Below are positions 19,419 to 29,202 of a stretch of 64,000 nt of DNA, piece by piece; within the stretch, counting starts at the first letter, position 1; the number at the start of each line of letters is the position of its first letter. The stretch lies in the sequence record HM035025. The stretch is one strand, 5' to 3'. The position numbers and the translations under genes were made by a program. Source of the stretch: Shigella phage Shfl2. The notes under the pieces were generated by a model, which saw only the letters and a list, made by a program, of their open reading frames with translations, was not told the DNA's origin and searched no databases.

Positions 19419-19601
19419 TTATCCTCGACAATCAACTTCACATACTTTCTTGTCATCAATGAAAGCTTTAACTAGCGCTTTATTAACTTCAGCATATTGA
19501 GTAGTAGCCCATTGAACGTCATCTTTCATCATTGTGATTTCTTTAGTAAACATGCTTTCATTCTTAAACCACCCCATAAAAACTACCTTTACCAATTCCA
19601 T
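19419..19601 (-). CDS. dmd: Dmd antitoxin (discriminator of mRNA degradation)
   Basis: 60 aa; MELVKVVFMGWFKNESMFTKEITMMKDDVQW...; size and position of T4 61.5. Confidence 0.78.
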   Translation of the reverse strand: MELVKVVFMGWFKNESMFTKEITMMKDDVQWATTQYAEVNKALVKAFIDDKKVCEVDCRG

Positions 19602-19659
19602 AACAATCTCCTCATTTAACCAACAAGACTACTATACCATAGTCTTGTCGGCTTGTAAA

Positions 19660-21087
19660 CTAAAATTTTAATTCATTCGCTAAAGCATCTAACTGAGCTC
19701 GAGTGGATTCGTTTCTTTGATAGCGATTCTGCTCAGCCTGAATCTGTTGTGAACCTGCTACTTCGTTCACTTCTGTTGGAGTAGAATCTTGTTCAATTTC
19801 TACCCATTTTTGATTTCCTTTTTGAACACCCATCAAAAACTTATTCCACTTATTCTTATCACCATATCGTGATTTGATTTGCTTAATGAGTTGTTGTTCA
19901 GCAGCTGCTAGCTCCTCGGTTTCAATGACCGCAAGCATAAAATCAGCTGTTGCTGGAAGACCAGCAGATTCTGCAATATCGCTCATGTTAACATCGGAAG
20001 AGTCCCAAGCTTGTTTACCGACCTGTGCTGCAGTCCAAAGAACAGTTTCGGTTTCAACAGCAAGAGCACGCAATTCCTCTGCAATAGCTTTAACAGTTGT
20101 GTAACTATTTTCTGAATAAACTCTAATGCGGCAAGATTTACAAATACCCAGATAGTCGACAATAATGATTGTTGGAACAAAATTCTTTTTGAGCTTCAAT
20201 TCGTTTAAAAGTGATCGAAATGTATTAGCATCTGCTCCACCAGTAGGATACTGTTTAACGATTAAACGACCAAGGGTAGATTTCTCACGCCATTTTTCCA
20301 TTTTTCCTTTATACTCAGCGTAAGAAATATGCCCATCATCAATGTCATCAAGAGAAACATCAAGCATATTAGCATCAATACGTTTAGCACAGACTTCTTC
20401 TGCCATTTCCATGGAAATGTAAAGAACATTATGTCCGAGCTGTAAATAATCTGCTGCTAATGAACAAAGTCCTAATGATTTACCAACGTTAACACCAGCC
20501 ATTAAAACGTTCAATGTTCCAGTTTCAGCTCCGCCTTTAGTAATTTTATTTAGAATTTTGAGTCTAAATGGAACCTTACGAGCTTTATTCATATAAGATA
20601 GCCAACGTGCTTCGTAGTCATCCATCCAATCATGACCAACATAGCTATCAAATGAAATTGATAATGCTTGGCGCATGATGTCAGGAATAGCACCAACATC
20701 CGGCATTTTCTTATTTCGTTTTTCTGGAGGAAGCTCAGCATTAGTTTGAATTTCGATTATTTTAGACGTAGCATTAAACATCGCCCTTTGCTGAACATAT
20801 TTTTCTGTTTCTTTTACTAACCAGCTGTGGTCTTCTGGAGAATCAGCCAGTTTTGAAATAAGTGTTTTTACACCAGAATATTCTGTTTCAGTAAATGAAC
20901 TATTTTCTAATGCAACATTTAACGCATTAATAGATGGAACGCTATGGTACTCATTAACATGAGATTTAATTAATTTGAATGTATTTTTAGCTGGACCACT
21001 TTCAAAATATTCTGAATCCATATATGGCCAAACTTTTGAAAAATAAGCTTGATCAAATATAAGATGAGAAAGAATAATTTCTACCAC
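19660..21087 (-). CDS. 41: replicative DNA helicase (DnaB family)
   Basis: 475 aa; Walker A GVNVGKS; size matches T4 gp41. Confidence 0.95.
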   Translation of the reverse strand: MVEIILSHLIFDQAYFSKVWPYMDSEYFESGPAKNTFKLIKSHVNEYHSVPSINALNVALENSSFTETEYSGVKTLISKLADSPEDHSWLVKETEKYVQQRAMFNATSKIIEIQTNAELPPEKRNKKMPDVGAIPDIMRQALSISFDSYVGHDWMDDYEARWLSYMNKARKVPFRLKILNKITKGGAETGTLNVLMAGVNVGKSLGLCSLAADYLQLGHNVLYISMEMAEEVCAKRIDANMLDVSLDDIDDGHISYAEYKGKMEKWREKSTLGRLIVKQYPTGGADANTFRSLLNELKLKKNFVPTIIIVDYLGICKSCRIRVYSENSYTTVKAIAEELRALAVETETVLWTAAQVGKQAWDSSDVNMSDIAESAGLPATADFMLAVIETEELAAAEQQLIKQIKSRYGDKNKWNKFLMGVQKGNQKWVEIEQDSTPTEVNEVAGSQQIQAEQNRYQRNESTRAQLDALANELKF

Positions 21088-21096
21088 ACTTACTCC

Positions 21097-21459
21097 TTAA
21101 AAGAATTTAAATTTTTTCTTTGACCTTTTATTAAATGCATCTTGTAGTTGCATTGTAATACATTTTTCTACATGAGGAGCTAACTCAGCTTTTCTTTCTT
21201 GGTCAAGAACAGCAAAGTCCATTACAACCTTTCCATCAACCCAATCTAATTTTGTCACATACACAATGTGTGTAGAACCATCTTCTAGTTTAATGACAAT
21301 CTCCTGGATAACATTTTCCATGGCAGATTTAATTATCTTAAGAGATTCATTAAAAAGACGTTCTTTTCTTTCTTCTTCCCCCTCCGAAGAGGGGGATTCG
21401 TCGATAATTTCTAGATCTAAATCCAAATCATCTTTATTCATTAAATTCTTCCATATCAC
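21097..21459 (-). CDS. hypothetical acidic protein at the T4 gene 40 position
   Basis: 120 aa between 41 and uvsX; start overlaps the uvsX 3' end so the true start may be an internal Met. Confidence 0.5.
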   Translation of the reverse strand: MIWKNLMNKDDLDLDLEIIDESPSSEGEEERKERLFNESLKIIKSAMENVIQEIVIKLEDGSTHIVYVTKLDWVDGKVVMDFAVLDQERKAELAPHVEKCITMQLQDAFNKRSKKKFKFF

Positions 21460-22615
21460 TTAACTGATCTAGGTCAGTTTCTAAATCAGCTGCTGATTTA
21501 CTTTTACTTTCTGGAGATTTAAATTTTTCAACCTTTGAGTTAATCAATTCATCAACTTCAGCTTCAACAATTTCATTGCTATCAATAGCACCTAACTGAT
21601 AAGCACGTTTAATAGCATCTCGGAATGGTTGATGCTTAAATAAAGGACCCCAGAATGTAGTGCAATTGGTATCTTTTGCACGCCAAGATTTTTCTTCGCG
21701 AATCATCTCGCCGGTTTCTTCATCAAGAAATTCACGAGCATACCAACCATTTTTAGGTTTTACTACAAATCCTAATTCAAGAGCCATATCTAACAATCCA
21801 GAATAAGGATCGATGCCACCGTCAAATTTAACATCAATAAAGAATTTACTTTTTTCTTTAACGGTACGAGATTTTTCTACATTTAGAACAAATTGATACC
21901 CCTGAAGATCAGAACCATCTTTAATCTGACGCTTACCGATAATGAATACAGTATCAGCCGAATACATTACGCCTGTACCACCTGTCATCACGGTTTTACT
22001 AAACATTTCAATTGTTTCAATTGTGTGGTTAACCGCAACACATGGAATGTTTTTAATACTAAAATAAGGAGTAACAATACGGAATAATGACTTCAGTGAT
22101 TTAGCACGAGTCATATCTGCCACAGATTTTTCATTCAAGGCATCTTCCGTTTCTTTCTTGGAAGCCATATTACCGATTGAGTCGATGAATACAATAACCT
22201 TTTCACCGCGCTCAATAGCTTCAAGCTGATTCACCATATCAATTTTCAGCTGTTCAACTGACTGAATCGGCGTATGAATTACTCGTTCTGGGTCAACCCC
22301 CATGGATCGCAAATAAGCTGGAGTAATACCAAATTCGCTATCATAGAATAGACACACCGCGTCAGGATATTTGTTCAAATATGCCGCAACCATAGTCAAA
22401 GACATATTTGATTTAAAGTGTTTAGAAGGCCCTGCGAAAATAGTTAAACCAGACTGCATACCGCCATCAATTGCACCAGAAATAGCAATATTAAGCATTG
22501 GGATTTTTGTACGAATTACATCCTTTTCATTAAAGAATTTAGATGTAGTCAGTTCAGCAGTCATTTTAGAAGTGGAAGCTTTAATCAAACGGGATTTTAA
22601 ATCTGCAATAGACAT
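21434..22615 (-). CDS. uvsX: UvsX recombinase (RecA family)
   Basis: 393 aa; Walker A GPSKHFKS; MSIADLKSRLIKASTSK... as T4 UvsX. Confidence 0.95.
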   Translation of the reverse strand: MSIADLKSRLIKASTSKMTAELTTSKFFNEKDVIRTKIPMLNIAISGAIDGGMQSGLTIFAGPSKHFKSNMSLTMVAAYLNKYPDAVCLFYDSEFGITPAYLRSMGVDPERVIHTPIQSVEQLKIDMVNQLEAIERGEKVIVFIDSIGNMASKKETEDALNEKSVADMTRAKSLKSLFRIVTPYFSIKNIPCVAVNHTIETIEMFSKTVMTGGTGVMYSADTVFIIGKRQIKDGSDLQGYQFVLNVEKSRTVKEKSKFFIDVKFDGGIDPYSGLLDMALELGFVVKPKNGWYAREFLDEETGEMIREEKSWRAKDTNCTTFWGPLFKHQPFRDAIKRAYQLGAIDSNEIVEAEVDELINSKVEKFKSPESKSKSAADLETDLDQLSDMEEFNE

Positions 22616-22692
22616 TCATTTTTTCCATAGGCAACATTATATTTTCCTCACTGGTTAAAGATAGAGTAATTATAACACAATAAATTTAGGCA

Positions 22693-23541
22693 TTAATCAA
22701 CTGCTATTGGATGAATAGCATTAAACTTATGAAATGCTTCTGATTTTTCTTTACGCGAAACACACATGCGAAGAACCTTTAATGGCTCGTCTTCTTCACC
22801 CAACGATTTTCGTTTTTCAATATTAGAAGTTTTCCAACGAGCTTGCTCTGGAAACTCTCTATTGATTTGCTCAAGCGCTCTATTATGTTTAGAATTACTA
22901 CGAATTGAACTGCACCCGCCAGGAGCTTGTGCTTTTCCAGATACAACCAGATATTTGAACAAGGCCAAATGCGGATAACCTTGATTAATTAAATTGAGAA
23001 ATGCATACATATCTTCACATAAATCAATTTTTCCATACCCAATTTGTTCTGTCGTAAGTTTTCCGAGGTCATACCATGTATTCGTGAATCCATATGAATT
23101 TTCACGATAATTACCCCAAGATGAAGTAATTTTAAAAATAGGTAGACGAGCATGGCCATGATAATACCCACAATCCATGGCATCTTCAACGTATTGAATC
23201 AATTCATAGAACTGTTCACGAGTCAATTGATTGACTTTATCCACACAACGACGATCATCTCTTTTTCGCATTGAACTCATACGAATAGTAGTATCATCAT
23301 CAATCATCCAGATTCGTTGACCTGCATACATATCAGTAATTGCTTTACGAGTACCAGCAATTCCATTAACATCATCAGGAATAGTTATAATTTTAGCTCT
23401 AGACCCGTAAGCGTCATAATAAGCTTTTTCTTCGTGTTCACGTACTACAATATGAGGTTCATAATCAGATGGAAACATATCAAGGGCAGAAACTGCCCCT
23501 ACGCGTTGATAGCTTGGAATTACGAATTGAATCATTTCCAC
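22693..23541 (-). CDS. GT-A-fold glycosyltransferase at the beta-gt locus (likely HMC-DNA glucosyl modification)
   Basis: 282 aa with IDDD (DxD) motif; unlike T4 beta-gt in length and sequence; position between uvsX and 42. Confidence 0.55.
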   Translation of the reverse strand: MEMIQFVIPSYQRVGAVSALDMFPSDYEPHIVVREHEEKAYYDAYGSRAKIITIPDDVNGIAGTRKAITDMYAGQRIWMIDDDTTIRMSSMRKRDDRRCVDKVNQLTREQFYELIQYVEDAMDCGYYHGHARLPIFKITSSWGNYRENSYGFTNTWYDLGKLTTEQIGYGKIDLCEDMYAFLNLINQGYPHLALFKYLVVSGKAQAPGGCSSIRSNSKHNRALEQINREFPEQARWKTSNIEKRKSLGEEDEPLKVLRMCVSRKEKSEAFHKFNAIHPIAVD

Positions 23542-24272
23542 TCACCGTTATAATCTTTTTTCGCAATATGAGTTTCGCCAGTTTTCCACCAATGGTCAAC
23601 CAAATAAAAATGACGGGAATACACATGAAGGCTCCCGACATTCCATATAATGGAACCTGCTTTATACTGACGAGTTGAATCACCTGCATTCAAATCAGAT
23701 ACTAATTTATCTAGTACATATTTTTGCCATGCATAATCATTACGGAATCCGAAGACCACGTCATTTGAACGCATGTTAACCACTGCATTAATTTTCTTAT
23801 CACGAATCAGGTACTGTACTGTATTAGTACACATGAAATCCGACATGCCATCTTTATTGTAGTCAAACTGCATGGATGGACGAGTATAAATCATGATACC
23901 GCGTCGAGAATCAGGATTTTGACCAAGTTCAGCTAAACACATATCATACTGGGCATAGTTATCTTCTGACCAGATGGCCCAACCATAATTCGAGTTAATT
24001 TCGCCTTTAGAAGATGCTACCTGCTGCCAAATCTTCGGCGTTTCACCTGGAATATCTTTAACAAACAGACTTTGAGACTTATACCATTCAAGTTCACGCT
24101 GAATGTATTCATCATTAAGAGCGCCAAAAATAAAAGGTTCATCTGCTACAAATGATGCACCAATAATTTCAATAGTTTTAACCCCGGTTTTATCAATTAC
24201 GAAATCTTTTTCCTTTAATGCAAGACCCAAATCAAGACGGATTTCTTCAACTGTCATATAATCGTTAATCAT
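23532..24272 (-). CDS. 42: dCMP hydroxymethylase
   Basis: 246 aa; thymidylate-synthase-like fold signatures; T4 gp42 size and position. Confidence 0.93.
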   Translation of the reverse strand: MINDYMTVEEIRLDLGLALKEKDFVIDKTGVKTIEIIGASFVADEPFIFGALNDEYIQRELEWYKSQSLFVKDIPGETPKIWQQVASSKGEINSNYGWAIWSEDNYAQYDMCLAELGQNPDSRRGIMIYTRPSMQFDYNKDGMSDFMCTNTVQYLIRDKKINAVVNMRSNDVVFGFRNDYAWQKYVLDKLVSDLNAGDSTRQYKAGSIIWNVGSLHVYSRHFYLVDHWWKTGETHIAKKDYNGEWK

Positions 24273-24425
24273 TTAAACCTCAATTGATGCATTCATATTT
24301 AATTTGTAACAGTAATAAACTCCAACCTATAATAAGTGGCGGAATCATAAGAGGAACTGTTACGCTATAGTATATACTTATTATAATCATCAAGATTAAA
24401 AGCAATACTGCTAAAATTTTGCTTT

Positions 24426-24677
24426 TCATTCCTTCTCTCTGATGATAATTACTTGATTTTGCTGTACAGATTTTTTAGTTTCACCTGCAATTGACCAAAT
24501 AAAAGTAATAAACCAACCAATGATTGACCAGTTAAACAGTAAAGATGTGAAAAAGATTCCTACTGTCGATTTTGACCCACGCATCAAGGCGATGAACCAT
24601 GGAAGCATGTATATAATAATAGCCAACACGCCTGAAACTAAAACCATAAAAATTGAACCTGCTACTAAAGTTTCCAT
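24426..24677 (-). CDS. imm: immunity protein Imm (membrane, superinfection exclusion)
   Basis: 83 aa; two hydrophobic helices; METLVAGSIFMVLVSGVLAIIIYMLPWFIALM... Confidence 0.88.
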   Translation of the reverse strand: METLVAGSIFMVLVSGVLAIIIYMLPWFIALMRGSKSTVGIFFTSLLFNWSIIGWFITFIWSIAGETKKSVQQNQVIIIREKE

Positions 24678-24684
24678 GTTTTCC

Positions 24685-25065
24685 TCACTTAGTCAAATTT
24701 TTTACACATGAATTATAAGAATTCACTACATACTCCATCGGAGCATTTTTACCTGTACGCCATTGGTAATTATTAGCCCAATTGGCCCAAAGCTCAGCGC
24801 AGTAGTTTTCAATTTTTTCTTCGCGTGTAATTACATCTGAATTACGATATGCTTGAGCAGATTCATCTGGGCGAATAGCTTCGTCAAAATTCGCCTGCAT
24901 CTGTTCTACTGTCTGTTTTGGAGCTTCTTTATAACACTTAACATTAGGATTATAAAATTTGCTTGAACAGTTTACAATTTTTCCTACATCAGATTGATTT
25001 ACTACCGGTCCTTGAGCTACACAGCCAGTAAGACCTAATGCAATAACCAAAATAGCGATTTTCAT
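24685..25065 (-). CDS. lipoprotein (signal peptide plus lipobox LTGC)
   Basis: 126 aa; MKIAILVIALGLTGC... Confidence 0.5.
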   Translation of the reverse strand: MKIAILVIALGLTGCVAQGPVVNQSDVGKIVNCSSKFYNPNVKCYKEAPKQTVEQMQANFDEAIRPDESAQAYRNSDVITREEKIENYCAELWANWANNYQWRTGKNAPMEYVVNSYNSCVKNLTK

Positions 25066-25075
25066 AATAATTTCC

Positions 25076-25312
25076 TCAAATACAAGTAGTAATTACTCCA
25101 GTAGTGCTTACACAGGTATTACCTAATTGAACACCCAACGTTCCATTAGTATTCATATGAAGATTATCATCAATTTTTGTTGATACTTTACCATTCATGT
25201 GAATAATAGTATTAGATTCAATCACATTCTGAGTGTCATTTTCAATATCAATAAATGGAACAGTTGCTAATGCAACTAAACACACTGCTAAACAACCATA
25301 AACAATTTTCAT
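25076..25312 (-). CDS. small secreted protein carried on a repeated promoter cassette
   Basis: Start at MKIVYGCLAVCLVALA (GGAG SD); signal peptide; the upstream 52 nt are identical to the leader of the AAA+ gene at 51.15 kb. Confidence 0.5.
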   Translation of the reverse strand: MKIVYGCLAVCLVALATVPFIDIENDTQNVIESNTIIHMNGKVSTKIDDNLHMNTNGTLGVQLGNTCVSTTGVITTCI

Positions 25313-25377
25313 TTTATTCTCCAAATCCGTATCAGTTGATAGTTGTATAGTACCATGGAAGAACGGGGATGTAAACA
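25305..25377 (-). repeat. repeated early-promoter/5'UTR cassette, copy A
   Basis: Minus strand GTTTACA-17 nt-TACTAT then CAACTATCAACTGATACGGATTTGGAGAATAAAATG; 52 nt identical to 51148-51199. Confidence 0.7.
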
Positions 25378-25457
25378 GTTTTGTGAAAAATTTTTAATGA
25401 ATTTACAGGACCTAGAATCATCTATTTTTCCTAAGTATAGATTTATATTACTTGTAT

Positions 25458-25480
25458 GAAAAAGGGACCCGGAGGTCCCT
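25458..25480 (-). terminator. intrinsic terminator downstream of gene 43
   Basis: GGGACC-UCCG-GGUCCC hairpin followed by UUUUU on the minus-strand RNA. Confidence 0.65.
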
Positions 25481-25492
25481 AGATTTATTCTA

Positions 25493-28189
25493 TCAGCCAA
25501 ACAGGAAGTCTAACGAAGCTTTTTCCTCATAGTCCATACCTGCCGATTCACACATGCCCGCAAGCGGTTTAACAAACGATTTTTGGAACAAAGTTGAGTA
25601 GTCAATCCAAGATAGTACGTCAGAACGAATTTCTTTTGGAAGTTCCGTACCCGATGGCCAAGCAATGCACTTGTCACCAAATGGATTTCCCTCACGTAAC
25701 GGAAGAACCATTACCTTATTTCCATCCAAAATTGGAGCTACACCTAAACCGCTAACAGCTCGACGATAAGTTAGCACCCCACGAATATGGAACGGGCATT
25801 TAAACCCTGGCCAACCTTTATCGTCATATTTCGCTATATCGTTCGCGGTTTTTACTTCAGCAATAACTTTATAGTCAAGTTGACGGTATTCTTTCTCAAA
25901 GTTCTTATAGTATTCTTGAACAGACTCTTCGCCTTCCTGAAGAATACGACGAATACTTTCTTCGAGAGCTTCTTGTACTGCTTTTGGTGTTGAACTCTGC
26001 TGAGTTTCCATACCCATGATTTTTAGATGTGGTTCAGCAAATCGCTTATCTTCCATATCATAAACGTTCAGAGCATAACGTTTTTTCGCTTTCCAAAATC
26101 CACCAACACCCTTTGAACCAAGTGGAGGGCAAGAAATAGCTTCACGGTCCATATGCATCAGATGCTCGCGATTATTCATATAATCACATAACTCACGATA
26201 TGCAACATCAATCATAGGTTCCATCTTTTTCTTACCAAACTGATTCATGAATTCAACTAAATCATTTTGTTCTTTAAAGCGGTCAAGACCTACTTTTTCA
26301 ATTACTTTATCTACACAAACATATACCGAATCAGTATCACCTGCTGCGATGAAATCTTCGCCATTAGTTCCACATACTTTATTCAGATACTCATTAATTT
26401 TACGAGCAATCCACTGAATACCAACTTGACCAAAAATTGTGATAGCAGTAGCATTTCGCAAATCATAGTAACGGAAATGAATATTACCAAGAGCACCATA
26501 AAGACTGTTAATAAGAATTTTACGGTTCAGCTGATTTGTGTTAGCAAGTGTAGCTGCTTTTTCACATTCTTCAATCAAACTATTGAGAACAGATTCAGTA
26601 TAATTCGATAGTTCATTTAAGAAATCATTACTGAACTTAACATATCGTTCAACTTCCGGTTTAGTTGAACAAGACCCTGCGCCTTTCATAATAATCTTTT
26701 TAATAGCTTCGGCATTCATTTCTTCAGCGAACATTTTCTTTTTCCAATCTTTACGCTGGAAAAATACTTTAGCGATTTCCTTTGGAATGATACCTTCTTG
26801 ATGCTTATCATACATCCATCCATTCGGAGAACAAGAATATTCATCACTCGGTTTAGGAGCTGTTCCTGCGATATATTCATGAATTGGATGAACTTTAAAC
26901 TGACCACGAATAGTCTCAGGACTAATGTTAACCTGACGAATAATGCTCGGATACAGAGACGTCAAGTCAAAACTCATAATGTATCGACGAGCAATTGGTT
27001 TAGGTTCAAATACAAATGCACCCGGAAAACTCTGTTTAACGTGTGAACCTTGTTGAGGAATAACCTTATGTTCACCTTTCAATGAGTTAAAAATAATAGC
27101 ATCCCAAGTTTTAATAGGACTCATTACACCAGAAAAAGGCATTTTAGCGTAATAAGACATACTTAAAACTAGATCGATAAACCCGCGAATTTTATCAATT
27201 GCTTGAACTGATTCTACGTCAATGATGTTATAACTAATGTATCGTTGATGATTAGTCTCACGAAGTTTATTAATAGGACCGTCGTATGGTAATTTACCTT
27301 TTTTGGTTTCATGTTGAGCAACTGATTCCAAAGAGAATGATGGCAAATTAGTAAATGCGAATTTTTTGTACAAATCTAAATAATCAAGAATAGATACGCC
27401 ATCAATAGAATAAATTTCTTTGCTACCGTACATATTTTGAATTAGTTTAGATTTTACTCGACCGATTGGAGAGAAGCGTTTCATACTACGTTCACCGAGA
27501 ACCATTTTAACACGATTCATGATATACGGAACGTCAAATCCCTCAATATTCCAACCGGTAAAAATAGCAGGTCGTTTCTGTTCCCAGAGATTAATATATT
27601 CCATGAGCATATCGCGCTCATTATCAAATGGCATATAAATTACTCGGTCAAGAATTTCTTGAGGAACTTCATCACCACCTTCACAGTCAAGCTTAGCAGC
27701 TAACTTTGCATCCCATTTTGATACTGAACCGTACATTGAATTCAACAAATCAAAGACGTAAAAACGGTCGTCAATTGAATCATAATGAGTGATAGCATCA
27801 ATTTCATATTCTGCTTTCATTGGGTCAGGAAATTTATCACCAGTAACCTCAATGTCACAGTTAGCTACACGAACAAATTTTCGGTCATAAACAATTTCTG
27901 AACCATATGTATCACTGATATAAGCGAGTTTAAAATCGTTCATACCGAGAGCTTCGAGACCGATGTCTTCCATTCGCTTCATCCAGTCTCGTGCATCTTT
28001 CATTGATGGAAATTTTTGAGGAGCACAGTTTTTACCATAAATGTCTTTGTATTTTGACTCTTCCTTACAATGCCTAAACATAGTCGGAAGATATTCTACT
28101 TCACGAGTACGTTCCTTTCCGTTTTCATCAATATAGCGCTCAACAATGTTATTTCCGACTGTTTCGATAGAGATATAAAATTCTTTCAT
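25493..28189 (-). CDS. 43: DNA polymerase (family B)
   Basis: 898 aa; exonuclease and polymerase motifs (DTDS, KILINSLYG); exact T4 gp43 length. Confidence 0.97.
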   Translation of the reverse strand: MKEFYISIETVGNNIVERYIDENGKERTREVEYLPTMFRHCKEESKYKDIYGKNCAPQKFPSMKDARDWMKRMEDIGLEALGMNDFKLAYISDTYGSEIVYDRKFVRVANCDIEVTGDKFPDPMKAEYEIDAITHYDSIDDRFYVFDLLNSMYGSVSKWDAKLAAKLDCEGGDEVPQEILDRVIYMPFDNERDMLMEYINLWEQKRPAIFTGWNIEGFDVPYIMNRVKMVLGERSMKRFSPIGRVKSKLIQNMYGSKEIYSIDGVSILDYLDLYKKFAFTNLPSFSLESVAQHETKKGKLPYDGPINKLRETNHQRYISYNIIDVESVQAIDKIRGFIDLVLSMSYYAKMPFSGVMSPIKTWDAIIFNSLKGEHKVIPQQGSHVKQSFPGAFVFEPKPIARRYIMSFDLTSLYPSIIRQVNISPETIRGQFKVHPIHEYIAGTAPKPSDEYSCSPNGWMYDKHQEGIIPKEIAKVFFQRKDWKKKMFAEEMNAEAIKKIIMKGAGSCSTKPEVERYVKFSNDFLNELSNYTESVLNSLIEECEKAATLANTNQLNRKILINSLYGALGNIHFRYYDLRNATAITIFGQVGIQWIARKINEYLNKVCGTNGEDFIAAGDTDSVYVCVDKVIEKVGLDRFKEQNDLVEFMNQFGKKKMEPMIDVAYRELCDYMNNREHLMHMDREAISCPPLGSKGVGGFWKAKKRYALNVYDMEDKRFAEPHLKIMGMETQQSSTPKAVQEALEESIRRILQEGEESVQEYYKNFEKEYRQLDYKVIAEVKTANDIAKYDDKGWPGFKCPFHIRGVLTYRRAVSGLGVAPILDGNKVMVLPLREGNPFGDKCIAWPSGTELPKEIRSDVLSWIDYSTLFQKSFVKPLAGMCESAGMDYEEKASLDFLFG

Positions 28190-28247
28190 AGATATTCCTT
28201 AGTTTATAGCCCGAGTTATTAGGCTCTTGATATATTATACTCCAAAT

Positions 28248-28265
28248 AAGGGGCCGAAGCCCCTT
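28248..28265 (-). terminator. stem-loop with UUCG tetraloop downstream of regA
   Basis: aaggggc-cgaa-gcccctt inverted repeat. Confidence 0.5.
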
Positions 28266-28267
28266 GC

Positions 28268-28636
28268 TTAATTACCAATCGTATATTTAGGAACGAGTTT
28301 CCATTCGTGTTTTTGTTTAAAAGAAATAACTCGGAAGTTATTGGTTAAATCTTTCATAAAAGTTCTTTGACCAGGAACGATTTCAATCAGCCCCCAATCT
28401 TCTAACAGCCACGCAATCGAATCACGACGAACTTCATCTTCTTCTGTCATTTCAACCTGACGGCCATCCATACGAAGCATTTCTTTAAAATGAACGATAT
28501 AATATAGTCCTTTTTTCTGGAGAATGTGGCAGGACTGATACAGAACTTTATCTTTATTATTAGCAATTCCCATACGAGTCAAAGTTTCTTTTACTTTCAG
28601 AAAATCTTCAGGTTTTTTAAGAGTAATTTCAATCAT
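28268..28636 (-). CDS. regA: translational repressor RegA
   Basis: 122 aa; MIEITLKKPEDFLKVKETLTRMGIANNK... as T4 RegA. Confidence 0.93.
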   Translation of the reverse strand: MIEITLKKPEDFLKVKETLTRMGIANNKDKVLYQSCHILQKKGLYYIVHFKEMLRMDGRQVEMTEEDEVRRDSIAWLLEDWGLIEIVPGQRTFMKDLTNNFRVISFKQKHEWKLVPKYTIGN

Positions 28637-28637
28637 T

Positions 28638-29201
28638 TTACCATTCCAATGCTAGTTTTTTGAGTTGTTTCTGTTCTTTTACATTCTTAGTCACTTCTTT
28701 TAAAAAATCATCCGTGACTAAACCTTTTAGTTCTTTTAATACTAAAGGAAGTTTTCCATTTTTAGTAAGAATTGATTTATAGTTAATTGCATCATTTGTA
28801 TTAACTTGATACCGCTTAGCAAGTAACTTAATAATCAATACTTCAGTAGAATCTTCGACCAGTTTTGCCCATTTACCATATCTTTTACCCCGAGGAACAG
28901 CAGCCATCAGGTAATTAAAATGGGCTTCATCGCTTAAACCTGATCCAATTAAATTCATAGCATATACAGCTGGCATGCATTCAGGAAATTGTGATAATGC
29001 ATTTTCAACCATGAATTTTGAATAATCTTTTTGAGCAATAGAGCATTTAGTTTTATTATTAATAGCTCCAATTATTTCAAAAAACTCATTTTCAGCTTTT
29101 TCTTTAAAAGAATCAGCAGCGGATTGGACAGCTGTCCAATCTTTTGAATACCAAGCAACTTGATGCTCGTTTAATTGAATATCATCTTCAAATAAGCTCA
29201 T
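28638..29201 (-). CDS. 62: clamp loader small subunit
   Basis: Start at [22 protein letters not shown] (187 aa) as in T4 gp62; the track's 194 aa form starts 7 codons earlier. Confidence 0.88.
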   Translation of the reverse strand: MSLFEDDIQLNEHQVAWYSKDWTAVQSAADSFKEKAENEFFEIIGAINNKTKCSIAQKDYSKFMVENALSQFPECMPAVYAMNLIGSGLSDEAHFNYLMAAVPRGKRYGKWAKLVEDSTEVLIIKLLAKRYQVNTNDAINYKSILTKNGKLPLVLKELKGLVTDDFLKEVTKNVKEQKQLKKLALEW

Positions 29202-29202
29202 A

